In this document: piece after piece, positions 35,472 through 44,747 of the stretch | Layout of the letters: every line of letters starts with the position of its first letter | Position numbering within the stretch: position 1 is the stretch's first letter | DNA from: Myxococcota bacterium | GTDB taxonomy: Bacteria > Myxococcota_A > UBA9160 > UBA6930 | Direction of reading: 5' to 3' | Length of the DNA: 64,000 bases | Assembly (NCBI GenBank): GCA_965223705.1 | Contig: OZ245015.1 | Location: 1,792,001 to 1,856,000 of the forward strand | Program-made: the position numbers and the translations under genes | The notes under the pieces: model-generated | What the model saw: the letters and a program-made list of their open reading frames with translations, nothing else | Databases searched by the model: none | Told to the model about the DNA's origin: nothing

Positions 35472-36920
35472 ATGACAAATTCGCAGAAGCCCACGACCAC
35501 CGACTCCGGGATTCCCGTACCCAGTGACGAACACTCTCTGACGGTGGGTCCCGACGGCCCCATCCTGCTCCACGATCACTATCTGATCGAGCAGATGGCC
35601 AACTTCAATCGCGAGCGGATTCCCGAACGGCAACCCCACGCGAAGGGGAGTGGCGCGTTCGGTCACTTTCAAACGACCCATGATGTCAGCTCGTACTCCA
35701 AGGCCGCCGTCTTTCAGCCGGACACAGAGACCGAGGTCGTGATGCGCTTCTCGACCGTAGCCGGAGAGCGAGGCAGCCCGGATACTTGGCGAGACCCGCG
35801 CGGTTTCGCAGTCAAGTTCTACACCACGGAAGGCAACTTCGACCTCGTGGGCAACAACACCCCGGTCTTCTTCCTTCGCGATCCGCTGAAGTTCCAGCAC
35901 TTCATTCGTTCGCAGAAGCGGCGCGCTGACAACAATCTTCGGGACCACGACATGCAGTGGGATTTCTGGACGCTCTCTCCGGAGTCCGCCCATCAGGTCA
36001 CTTGGCTGATGGGGGATCGCGGTATTCCGGAGAGTTGGCGCCATATGAACGGCTATTCAAGTCACACCTACATGTGGGTGAATGCGGACGGCGAGAAGTT
36101 CTGGGTCAAGTATCACTTCAAGACGAATCAGGGCATCGAATGGTTGTCCCAGCAGAACGCCGATCGCTTGGCCGGTGAGGACGGGGACTACCACACCCGC
36201 GATCTCTTCCAGGCGATCGAGCGCGGTGATTTCCCGAGTTGGACGCTCCACGTGCAGATCATGCCGTTTGCAGAAGCGGAGACCTATCGCTTCAACCCCT
36301 TCGACCTGACGAAGGTATGGCCTCACGCAGACTATCCGCTACAGCAAGTCGGTAAGCTGGTCCTCGATCGCAACCCGACGGATCACCACACGCAAATCGA
36401 ACAAGCGGCTTTTGAACCGAACAACATCGTGCCAGGAACGGGCCTTAGCCCGGACAAGATGCTGTTGGCTCGAGTGTTCTCGTACGCGGACGCGCATCGT
36501 GCCCGGATCGGGGTGAACTACAAGCAGGTACCGGTCAATCGCCCGATGTGCGAAGTCAATAGCTACAGCAAGGACGGCGCCATGCGAGTCGAGGCGGTCC
36601 GTGACCCTGTGTACGCACCGAATTCCAAGGGCGGGCCCCGGGCGGCGGAAGATCGAGACGTGGACAACGCCGGGTGGGAGACAAGCGGAGAGTTTGTCCG
36701 CCAGGCGTATACCCTGCGAAGCGACGACGACGACTTCGGGCAGGCGCGGACTCTCATCCGCAAGGTTATGGACGATGACGCACGCGACCGACTCGTATCA
36801 AACATCGCCGGGCACCTGGGAGCGGGTGTCTCAGAGCCCGTACTGACGCGAGCCTTCGAGTACTGGCACGACATCGATCCCGAAATCGGTGAGCGGGTCA
36901 AGAAGGCGATGAACCGCTAG
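35472..36920 (+). CDS. Monofunctional heme catalase (small subunit type)
   Basis: [36 protein letters not shown], proximal motif [10 protein letters not shown]. Confidence 0.96.
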   Translation: MTNSQKPTTTDSGIPVPSDEHSLTVGPDGPILLHDHYLIEQMANFNRERIPERQPHAKGSGAFGHFQTTHDVSSYSKAAVFQPDTETEVVMRFSTVAGERGSPDTWRDPRGFAVKFYTTEGNFDLVGNNTPVFFLRDPLKFQHFIRSQKRRADNNLRDHDMQWDFWTLSPESAHQVTWLMGDRGIPESWRHMNGYSSHTYMWVNADGEKFWVKYHFKTNQGIEWLSQQNADRLAGEDGDYHTRDLFQAIERGDFPSWTLHVQIMPFAEAETYRFNPFDLTKVWPHADYPLQQVGKLVLDRNPTDHHTQIEQAAFEPNNIVPGTGLSPDKMLLARVFSYADAHRARIGVNYKQVPVNRPMCEVNSYSKDGAMRVEAVRDPVYAPNSKGGPRAAEDRDVDNAGWETSGEFVRQAYTLRSDDDDFGQARTLIRKVMDDDARDRLVSNIAGHLGAGVSEPVLTRAFEYWHDIDPEIGERVKKAMNR

Positions 36921-36943
36921 GCGAAGGCGGGAAGGGAGAACCG

Positions 36944-37102
36944 ATGGCTCAGCAATCCAGTGTCACTTGCCTCCACGCACCCTGTACGTGCCCGGCAGAA
37001 TCCGATCGTCCCTACTGCAGCGATCACTGCGAGAAGGAGCACCGAGACGGAAGGCTGCAGAAGGGTCCCTGCCACTGCGGGAACCCCGAGTGCGGGACCT
37101 GA
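36944..37102 (+). CDS. Bacterial metallothionein-like protein (52 aa)
   Basis: MAQQSSVTCLHAPCTCPAESDRPYCSDHCEKEHRDGRLQKGPCHCGNPECGT*; 8 Cys and 4 His; GGGAGA RBS; absent from the ORF track. Confidence 0.75.
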   Translation: MAQQSSVTCLHAPCTCPAESDRPYCSDHCEKEHRDGRLQKGPCHCGNPECGT

Positions 37103-37111
37103 GTCCGGTAG

Positions 37112-37255
37112 CTAGGCAGCCTCAGGTCGACTGAGGATCACCCACACCGCATGGACGATCCCCGGCACGTAGCCGAAGAGGGTCAGCAACAGGTTGAGCC
37201 AAAAGTGGCCCGTCAGTCCGACTTGGAGAAAAACGCCAACTGGCGGTAGAGCCAT
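37112..37255 (-). CDS. YqaE/Pmp3 family small membrane protein (47 aa)
   Basis: MALPPVGVFLQVGLTGHFWLNLLLTLFGYVPGIVHAVWVI; GGAG RBS; absent from the ORF track. Confidence 0.85.
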   Translation of the reverse strand: MALPPVGVFLQVGLTGHFWLNLLLTLFGYVPGIVHAVWVILSRPEAA

Positions 37256-37365
37256 GATTTCTCCGGTGTGCAAAGCGAGGCGCAAATCGACCCACGAGAC
37301 GTTGGCAGCCCATCTCGTGGGTCGATGCTTCAGCGCCAGGTCGCGCTGACTGTGGGCGGTCCGCT

Positions 37366-37956
37366 CTAACGGCGCCGCCGCAGGGTACGAAGCGTCCCCG
37401 CAACCGCGGCAGAGCCCAAGCCCGTGACGACAAGCAGCGGAAGGAAACTCGCCGTGTCCGGGAGGCGAGCGTAATCCCGCTCTCGTTCCTGCGGGTCTCG
37501 TTCGGTGGGCGCAGCGGCAACGGGCTGTCGGTTCATCTCATCGCGAGCTTCCGATTCTCGGATCCTTGTTTCAGAGACACGAATTCGCTCGGAGCGGTCG
37601 ATCGAGTCCTTCTTCTGGACGAAATCGCGGTAAGCCGGATCGCTCTTGTCGAGAATCTCCACGAACTCGACGCGAGAGTCGACTGCGTCGGGAGCTCCCA
37701 CGAAGATCACGCGGACGGCATCACCCACCTCCAGGAAGTCCCGGCCCGTCAGTCCTCGGTTCTCCTTGGCAAAACGGGTCACGACGGTGTAGTCAACCTC
37801 GATCTCGCCAGCTTCCGTCAGCATGTGCGCCTCACCGGTCCCGCGATCGATCTTCGTGATCTCTCCTACCAACGTTTTCGATTCCGGTATCGCCTGAGCC
37901 AGAGCACCTGCGCTCATCAAGACTGCCAGCGCGCTGGCAAAAACTACAACTCTCAT
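37366..37956 (-). CDS. Exported protein with C-terminal LPxTA sorting-like signal
   Basis: Signal peptide MRVVVFASALAVLMSAGALA; C-terminal LPDTAS, TM helix, RRRR; AAGGAG RBS. Confidence 0.72.
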   Translation of the reverse strand: MRVVVFASALAVLMSAGALAQAIPESKTLVGEITKIDRGTGEAHMLTEAGEIEVDYTVVTRFAKENRGLTGRDFLEVGDAVRVIFVGAPDAVDSRVEFVEILDKSDPAYRDFVQKKDSIDRSERIRVSETRIRESEARDEMNRQPVAAAPTERDPQERERDYARLPDTASFLPLLVVTGLGSAAVAGTLRTLRRRR

Positions 37957-38018
37957 CGTTTTGTTCTCCTTTGCGGGTTGCCGGGGGGCGATCCGCTCCG
38001 TTTCGAACGAGATGATCT

Positions 38019-38067
38019 GCAGGTTACGTGCCAAGGCTGCTCGCTGGTGCGACGGCACGGGAAGTGC
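38019..38067. promoter_or_regulatory. Back-to-back sigma54 -24/-12 motifs
   Basis: Minus TGGCAC-GTAAC-CTGC (38019-38033); plus CGGCAC-GGGAA-GTGC (38053-38067). Confidence 0.6.
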
Positions 38068-38108
38068 AAGGAGAGTGGCAGAACTACATGACGGAGTCGC
38101 TTGTCTTC

Positions 38109-39092
38109 ATGAAACACGTTCTCGCTCTTTCCATTCTTGTCTTCGCTTTCATGCTTCCCACCCGTTCTTTGTCGGACGACTTGGGTACGTTGTCGCTCAC
38201 GGTCGAAAACGACGCCATCGCGGGTGGCACCGATCGCAACTACACAAGCGGCGTACGACTCGGCTACCTCACCGGGCCCGATCGCGTCTGGGGCATTGTG
38301 CAAGGGCTCGCGGGCTTTCTCCTGGCTGCAGAAGAGGAGGATGTGGTGCGCTTCGGCATCGCCATCGGGCAGAGCATGTTCACGCCGCAGGATATAGAAG
38401 AGGAAGCGCCGCTCCCCGATCAGCACCCCTACGCGGGCTGGTTGTACGCAGACCTTTCGATCCTGGTCGAGCGGGAACACACGCTCGACACGTTGTCGCT
38501 GCAGGGCGGGGTGGTCGGGCCCGATGCGGGCGGCGAGTGGACCCAGACGAACATTCACGAGCTGCTTCACTCAGACGAACCGAAGGGCTGGGATAACCAG
38601 CTACGTCACGAAGCGGGCGTCGTCGTGACCTTCGACCGGAAGTGGCGCGCGCTAGCCGAGTGGGAGGCGGCACGCCTCGGCATCGACATTACACCCAATG
38701 CGGGGTTCTCGGTCGGCAACGTGCTCACCCAAGCGACTGCGGGCCTGACCTTGCGAATTGGAAACGACCTCGCCGACGACTACGGGCCACCGCGGATTCG
38801 TCCGAGCCTCGCCGGCGGAGGATTTTTCAATCCGAGTGATGGCTTCGGGTGGTACGTCTTCGCGGGCGCCGCCGGCCGAGCTGTGGCCTACAACATCTTT
38901 CTCGACGGCAACACGAGGCGCGACAGCCTCGAAGTCGATCGACGTCCCTTTGTCCTCGACGTACAGGCGGGCATCGTGATTCAGCTCTTGCGCGCTCAAC
39001 TCGCGCTAACTGTGGTCGCTCGAACCGAGGAATTCGAGACCCAGGAAGAAGAGCAGATTTTCGGCGCCGTGAGCCTCTCCTTCAAACTCTAA
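38109..39092 (+). CDS. Lipid A deacylase LpxR family (DUF2219) outer membrane protein
   Basis: ENDA...DRNYTSG, GQSMFTP, HPYAGWL, GWDNQL, NIFLDG. Confidence 0.88.
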   Translation: MKHVLALSILVFAFMLPTRSLSDDLGTLSLTVENDAIAGGTDRNYTSGVRLGYLTGPDRVWGIVQGLAGFLLAAEEEDVVRFGIAIGQSMFTPQDIEEEAPLPDQHPYAGWLYADLSILVEREHTLDTLSLQGGVVGPDAGGEWTQTNIHELLHSDEPKGWDNQLRHEAGVVVTFDRKWRALAEWEAARLGIDITPNAGFSVGNVLTQATAGLTLRIGNDLADDYGPPRIRPSLAGGGFFNPSDGFGWYVFAGAAGRAVAYNIFLDGNTRRDSLEVDRRPFVLDVQAGIVIQLLRAQLALTVVARTEEFETQEEEQIFGAVSLSFKL

Positions 39093-39133
39093 GAGGAATC
39101 CGATGACAGGAGTCAGGTCAGGGGAGCGCGTCA

Positions 39134-39409
39134 ATGGCTGAAGACAAGCAACAAGAGATCGCCAACTTGCTGGCGGCGTTTCGCGAGGCAACCCTCCAGA
39201 TCATCGTTGACGAGGACCTCGGACTCCACGTATTTCTCGTCCAGCCGGCAACTGCGGAACAGACTCTGCGGCTCGAAGTCGACGCCGATTGGTTGGATCG
39301 GCACGAAACCAAAACGATTCGTGACAAACTCAAACACTTTGACGTGATCGAGAAGCTTCGCACCTGTGGCGGTGTACCCGTCCGGATTGACGGAACGACC
39401 TGTCCTTAA
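39134..39409 (+). CDS. Hypothetical protein
   Basis: 91-aa ORF with GGGGAG RBS. Confidence 0.4.
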   Translation: MAEDKQQEIANLLAAFREATLQIIVDEDLGLHVFLVQPATAEQTLRLEVDADWLDRHETKTIRDKLKHFDVIEKLRTCGGVPVRIDGTTCP

Positions 39410-39527
39410 CCCAGTTCAGCACGCCCACACGATCCGCGAGTCATCGGTTGGTCGGCGCAGCCGTGCAATTCGTACAACCGGTGGAAGATTCTTCGCGCTC
39501 CTGCGTCGCTCTAAAGGCGTGCGGGCT

Positions 39528-39542
39528 TGGCACGATAGGTGC
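39528..39542 (+). promoter_or_regulatory. sigma54 -24/-12 promoter
   Basis: TGGCAC-GATAG-GTGC, about 140 nt upstream of csbD. Confidence 0.6.
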
Positions 39543-39682
39543 ACATGATTGTGGAGGTCCCCACGGTTGTGACCCGGACCGTTCGCGGAGGACCACCGGT
39601 CTCGCTGAAAGGTGCGGATGATCCATCTCTGCACTCAGCGTCAAGGGAACCCCAACGGGTCGAAAAAGGAGGTTCATCAGGG

Positions 39683-39880
39683 ATGAACTGGGATCAAGTC
39701 GAAGGCAACTGGAAGCAGATCAAAGGGAAGGTCAAACAGCAGTGGGGAAAGCTCACGGACGACGACCTCGACCGCATCGACGGAAAACGCGAAGAACTCG
39801 CTGGAAAGATTCAGGAGCGCCACGGTGTGGCGCGCGAGAAAGCAGAGGAGCAGATCGATCAGTTTTGCGAGCGGCTTTAG
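39683..39880 (+). CDS. CsbD family stress protein (YjbJ-like)
   Basis: MNWDQVEGNWKQIKGKVKQQWGKLTDDDL; AAGGAGG RBS. Confidence 0.95.
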   Translation: MNWDQVEGNWKQIKGKVKQQWGKLTDDDLDRIDGKREELAGKIQERHGVAREKAEEQIDQFCERL

Positions 39881-39913
39881 GAGGTGAGGGGAGCATCGAT
39901 TCGAACACGCTCT

Positions 39914-39928
39914 TGGCACGGCGTTTGC
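39914..39928 (+). promoter_or_regulatory. sigma54 -24/-12 promoter
   Basis: TGGCAC-GGCGT-TTGC. Confidence 0.75.
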
Positions 39929-39984
39929 TCCCATTGCAAGGCGAGCGCGCAAGCGATAGCGCGCCAGACAAGGGGAATACAAAG

Positions 39985-40335
39985 ATGATGCAACCGACTG
40001 TTCTGTCCGCGAGTTCTGTATGCGGAGATTCGGTGGTCAATAACGCCGGCGACGATCTCGGAAAAATCGAAGAGATCATGGTCGACGTCCACGACAACCG
40101 GATCGCCTATGCCGTGCTTTCCTTCGGAGGCTTCTTAGGAATCGGCGACAAGCTGTTTGCGGTGCCTTGGCAGGCGCTGGCGCTCGATGCAGAGAACAAG
40201 CGCTTCGTTCTCAACGAATCCAAGGAACGCCTCGAAAACGCGCCTGGCTTCGACAAGAACAACTGGCCGAATATGGCCGACCGCACGTTCGGCGGCCAGA
40301 TTTACGACTACTACAAGGCGGACAAGTACTGGTAG
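39985..40335 (+). CDS. PRC-barrel domain protein
   Basis: LGKIEEIMVD, IAYAVLSFGGFLGIGDKLFAVPW, NAPGFDKNNWP. Confidence 0.92.
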   Translation: MMQPTVLSASSVCGDSVVNNAGDDLGKIEEIMVDVHDNRIAYAVLSFGGFLGIGDKLFAVPWQALALDAENKRFVLNESKERLENAPGFDKNNWPNMADRTFGGQIYDYYKADKYW

Positions 40336-40388
40336 TCGACGCTTATCGAGGTGCCGCGCTCCGCCCTCCGCAGCCAGCGGCGCCTCAC

Positions 40389-40420
40389 GGGCTCGAGACG
40401 TATCTATGCGTCTCGGGCCC
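40389..40420. terminator. GC-rich hairpin between convergent genes
   Basis: GGGCTCGAGACGTA-tcta-TGCGTCTCGGGCCC. Confidence 0.5.
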
Positions 40421-40447
40421 CCTGACGGCCTCTCGCGGCATCGTTCG

Positions 40448-40984
40448 TTACTTCACCTCGAGCTCGTTGCGCACATCCGATACGCCGCCGGTCGCTCGGG
40501 CGAGGCGTTCCGCTTCTCTTTTCGCAGATATGTCTGATACCACGCCACGCAGTGTGACAACGCCGCGGTCGACATCAACATCGATGTTGATGGCCGATAC
40601 TTGAGGATCGGCGGCGAACTTGGCTTTCACGCGGGTGGTGATTCGCGCGTCGTCCACGACTTCGGACGCGGTGAGATCCCCGATCTGGAGTTTGTTGACG
40701 ACTCTCGTTACGCCGTTTGTGTCTCGAGCGAGATCTTCTGCTTCGCTGCGCTCGATCTCCGTCTCAACGAAACCACTCAGGGTGACCACGCCAGCTCGGG
40801 TGTCGACGTCGATTTCGAATGGATTCACTTCAGGATCGGCCGCGAATTTAGCGTTGATCATCGATGTGATGGACGCGTCGGATACTTGCTCGCCGATCGA
40901 GCGGGTTGTCGAGCAAGCGGCTACCGTGATAGCGATCACAACGAGCGCGAGCTCCTGCGCAAACGCGTAACACTTCCTTGTCAT
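40448..40984 (-). CDS. Dual BON-domain (OsmY-like) lipoprotein
   Basis: VAAC lipobox; two D..IT..v.AKFAADP...IDVD...GVVTL.G.V repeats. Confidence 0.92.
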   Translation of the reverse strand: MTRKCYAFAQELALVVIAITVAACSTTRSIGEQVSDASITSMINAKFAADPEVNPFEIDVDTRAGVVTLSGFVETEIERSEAEDLARDTNGVTRVVNKLQIGDLTASEVVDDARITTRVKAKFAADPQVSAINIDVDVDRGVVTLRGVVSDISAKREAERLARATGGVSDVRNELEVK

Positions 40985-41076
40985 TTTGCTTTCCTCATTG
41001 TTGATTCTTCAAACGTTGCTCAAAAAGCAAAGACATCTGAGCAACGGGGTCGTTGTTGCTTCCGAGCGACGGCTGT

Positions 41077-41091
41077 GCAAAGGACGTGCCC
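41077..41091 (-). promoter_or_regulatory. sigma54 -24/-12 promoter
   Basis: GGGCAC-GTCCT-TTGC upstream of the BON gene. Confidence 0.6.
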
Positions 41092-41144
41092 GACGTTGCA
41101 ACCGCTAAATGTGTCGGCAGCGAAGTTGCTGCGAGGAGCCGAGA

Positions 41145-41882
41145 ATGACCGCACATCCAATCGTCGAATCTCTTCTAATCGCGACCGTCCGTATCGACAC
41201 CTTTCAAGGCGAGACGGCGCTCACGAACGGCACAGGCTTCTTCTTCGAGCGCGACGGGCGATTGTTCCTCGTGACGAGCCGGCACGTCCTCATCGACGAA
41301 CCGAGTGATCATCGACCCGACGCTGTAAGAATCGAGATTCACAACAACGCGGAGAACGTCGTTGAAACGAAGAGTTTTTCGATCCCTTTGTACCGGGACG
41401 GCACGAGCCTGTGGCGCCAAACCGGAGATTCTTCCGGAATGATTGACGTCGTTGCCCTCGAGGTGGATCGCGGCGCGCTTCCAAAGCCGGTGGTCTACGA
41501 CGTATTCACGCCCGAGCATCTCTTGGCCGACCTCGAGCAGGTCGAAGTCGGCGCGTCAGTACTGGTCGTTGGATTCCCGCTCGGCTTTCGTGACACCCTT
41601 CACCGGATGCCCGTTGCACGCCACGCGATCGTCGCATCCTCATTCGGGCTGCGATTTCAGGGCAACGGCTACTTTCTCACAGATGGGCGTACCCATCGCG
41701 GTATCAGCGGAGCACCCGTGGTGATGCGCGCCGAGGCTGATCTGGGAACTCTTCCTTGGGTCCTTTTGGGCATTCACTCCGCGCGCATCGACCTCGGCAT
41801 CCGGGACGCGGAACTCGATGAGCCGCTCGGACTCAATTGCGCTTGGTACGCAGATGTACTGCTGACGCTCACCGATGGTTGA
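41145..41882 (+). CDS. Trypsin-like serine protease
   Basis: GTGFFF, LVTSRHV, VVGFPLG, GISGAPV. Confidence 0.85.
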   Translation: MTAHPIVESLLIATVRIDTFQGETALTNGTGFFFERDGRLFLVTSRHVLIDEPSDHRPDAVRIEIHNNAENVVETKSFSIPLYRDGTSLWRQTGDSSGMIDVVALEVDRGALPKPVVYDVFTPEHLLADLEQVEVGASVLVVGFPLGFRDTLHRMPVARHAIVASSFGLRFQGNGYFLTDGRTHRGISGAPVVMRAEADLGTLPWVLLGIHSARIDLGIRDAELDEPLGLNCAWYADVLLTLTDG

Positions 41883-41907
41883 AGCGCGGGTAGCCGCGGA
41901 CCCGTTT

Positions 41908-43641
41908 CTAGTTGCAAGATGGATGGTCTCGTAGATCGTGGAGGGTCGTCCCGAGCGTGAGTGGTAGCCGGATTTGTCGCTCTGCTCGGGCCGGAACAAA
42001 AGGAACCAGTTGCCCCTCGGCGTCGACCGTGATCGTCGCGCCCTCGTCGTCTGCCCAGGTAGGGCTTGTCACATCCCAGGTCCCGATGTCGGTGTTCGTG
42101 ACCACTAGGAAGTCTTTGCCGAGCGTGGTGTCCTCGAACGAACCGACGTAGACGTTGCGGTCGTTCCGCAGGTGTTCCGGATCAACGATGAAATCAGCGG
42201 CTCGATCGGTGAGCAACAGCTCCCAGATCAGGGACCTATAAGAATTGATGTTGTTCCAGGTCTGCGCGAGTTCAGATAGGTAACCCCTTCGCCAGGCTTT
42301 GACAGCTTCCCCGTCCCAGTAGAACAACGTCGGCCGGGCGCAGCTATTGCCGGTTCCGCCTCCGGTGCACTTGCCTGTCCTCCAAGCCGTAGCGAGCTCG
42401 GTTGGGCCGTGATTTAGGACCGGTCCAGGCGACCAGAACATCAGTCCCTTGAAGCCCGCGGTGATCGCCAGCCAACTCTGGGCTCTCCACGAGTTCGTGG
42501 GCGCTTGGTGCTTGCTCCATTCAGCGCACCATTCGTCACCGTCTCGGGTGTGCCATGTGTAGGTGGGCGCCTTGGGAAGTGCCCCTTTTCTCGCGGCAAG
42601 GCACGCATCCCAGCTCTTGTTCGGCTTGTCGGGATCTGTGGAGGGCTCCGGGAAATCCAGGATTCCGGCCGCTGCTTCGACGCGAACTGCGTGGAGTGGA
42701 CCCCCGTCGGCAAGAACCTTCGTTGCGGCACGGGCGTAGACCTGATAGCGGTCGTAGCTTGCGCACATCCCATAATAGGGGGTGAACAGCTTCATTTTCA
42801 GGTCGCCCCCGGTTTCTCCGTCGCGACAGCGGAGGTTGGTATGACCGGGGCGGGTCGCCCAAAGCTGGTCGTTGAAGCCCAGGAAGTCGGGGAGCGGCGG
42901 GAGCTTCCTCTCGAGATCCGGCTCCTGGAGCGCGACGCTGTCGATCTGGAAAAGCCGAGCCTCCGGATCGATGGGCTCGTTCGTTTCGTCTCCGAGCGTC
43001 CACGCTCGCTTGTACTTCGAGAACTCCGCCTCGAAGCGCGCTTGGAGCTCTTCGGTAAGCTGCCAATATTGCTCGCCTGCCACCGTGTTGATCGCTGGCG
43101 ACAGGGAGCGCGCAACTGTTATGAGACGGGGTGTGTAACTTGGGTCGGCGGTCTCGCGCTTTGCATTCCAATAGTGCCATGGGTTCCAAAAGAGTCGCTT
43201 GGGCTGAAGGATGACCCGGTACCTCGGATCGATCGCGAGCGCTCCGTCGATGAATCGCTGAGCCTCCGACACGCCGTCACGATCGGGCTCAACGGCGATG
43301 TCCTGCGCCATCACGGTGGTGGCTCCGAAGTCCCTGTAGGCTCGAAGCATGGCCTTAGCTGCCACCTCTCGATCGAAGTCGGGCCGGTCCTTGGGCCAAC
43401 CGGTAATAAACCCAAACCAGAGGCTGTCATTGGGAATTTTTGGACCCGCGGGTGCGCCCAGGTCTTTGTAGACCTCGCGAACCTCACAAAGGGAAGCGGG
43501 GCCGCCCACAACGAGAATCGTCCCTTCACCCGGTCCGAGCTCCAGGCATCCGTCGGAAATCTCGCAGTCTGAGGTGCAAGAAAGAGAGCGTGCCAGACAG
43601 AAAGCCAAGATCAAGAGCGAAAGCATTCGATAGGTGTTCAT
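41908..43641 (-). CDS. Secreted protein, possible glycoside-hydrolase-like TIM barrel
   Basis: Hydrophobic signal with Cys; AWTLGDE and RAQSWLAITAGFKGLMFW resemble GH-like motifs (weak). Confidence 0.5.
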   Translation of the reverse strand: MNTYRMLSLLILAFCLARSLSCTSDCEISDGCLELGPGEGTILVVGGPASLCEVREVYKDLGAPAGPKIPNDSLWFGFITGWPKDRPDFDREVAAKAMLRAYRDFGATTVMAQDIAVEPDRDGVSEAQRFIDGALAIDPRYRVILQPKRLFWNPWHYWNAKRETADPSYTPRLITVARSLSPAINTVAGEQYWQLTEELQARFEAEFSKYKRAWTLGDETNEPIDPEARLFQIDSVALQEPDLERKLPPLPDFLGFNDQLWATRPGHTNLRCRDGETGGDLKMKLFTPYYGMCASYDRYQVYARAATKVLADGGPLHAVRVEAAAGILDFPEPSTDPDKPNKSWDACLAARKGALPKAPTYTWHTRDGDEWCAEWSKHQAPTNSWRAQSWLAITAGFKGLMFWSPGPVLNHGPTELATAWRTGKCTGGGTGNSCARPTLFYWDGEAVKAWRRGYLSELAQTWNNINSYRSLIWELLLTDRAADFIVDPEHLRNDRNVYVGSFEDTTLGKDFLVVTNTDIGTWDVTSPTWADDEGATITVDAEGQLVPFVPARAERQIRLPLTLGTTLHDLRDHPSCN

Positions 43642-43946
43642 GGCTCACACCGATTTTGGCACCCAGCGCGTCGGCACAGTGGACGAATCTACTAGGGCGT
43701 CATTCCGTATCAAGCGCCGCGACGTTAGCTCCGTCCAAAAACCCGCGGCTTGATCGTCCGCACGCTGGCACCAACTTGGTGCGAACGGGGCACCGATGGC
43801 GAATCACCGACGTGCCGGAAGCGTCGGGTCGGCCGGTCCGGGCAAGCGGCGCGTGCGCTGGGCCCGAGGAGCGGGCGGCAGCAGGGTCGCCCGCGGCACG
43901 CGACAGGATGCTGCGTCCTTCCCGCGGACCCGAATCCTTCGGCCGC

Positions 43947-44447
43947 TTACCTCAACTCTCCAAGGTCGCGAACCCGCAGTCCGGCGCGACGATAGCGCCG
44001 CCATGGATCGCATAGTTCATGATGGTCTCCGAGACTCGCATGTTCGGCGTGAGTCACAACGCACGCGATGGCCAAACGATCTAGCAGCGCCCGTACATCA
44101 CGAGGCGAACTTGACTCGAGTGAAAGCAGTTGATCAAGAATCGCCCGTCGTGGGACCACGTGTTCATGGGCGAGACCATCGGGATCATCTTTCGCGGTGA
44201 CAATTCGTCCGCGTCGTTCGTAGGCCTTGAGGGCACCTTCGCTCCAGAAGCGTGCGCCACGATACTTGCCGGCAGCCTCGGTGAACTTCCACACGAGCTC
44301 GTCCAGGGCCGCGCGAATCACAAACTCGGCCTCCGGAGTCTCACAGGGGAGCAGAATGAGCGCCGAGATCACCTCGCAGACCGCTACCCGAACTGACTCA
44401 GTGTCCCGTCTTGCCAACGGTCCCCCAAAGAGCTCAGACCAACTCAC
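43947..44447 (-). CDS. Hypothetical protein with HEHVVP motif (possible HNH-like)
   Basis: LAHEHVVPR, CVVT..EH..L, DPWRRY. Confidence 0.5.
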   Translation of the reverse strand: MSWSELFGGPLARRDTESVRVAVCEVISALILLPCETPEAEFVIRAALDELVWKFTEAAGKYRGARFWSEGALKAYERRGRIVTAKDDPDGLAHEHVVPRRAILDQLLSLESSSPRDVRALLDRLAIACVVTHAEHASLGDHHELCDPWRRYRRAGLRVRDLGELR

Positions 44448-44747
44448 ACCCCTAGGCGACGGTGCGCAACGTTGGCACCCCGATCATTACCCCCATTTTC
44501 CACACACCACTCGCACAACTAGCCGGAGACATTGCGATCCGCCGGGGCACCTTCCAAGCTCGGTCCTGAATCCCACTGTGATCATCCCGAAGCTCGCGTA
44601 GGTCGCCGCAATCTCGGCCAGGGTAGGGCTGAACGCGTCGTTCCGGTTGGCCAGTCGATGATCTCAGAGAAGTCGATCACGGTCCTAGGTCGCCACCGAC
44701 TAGCGAGACATCGCGGCTCCGCTTGCCTCCGCAACAAAAGTTGCGGG

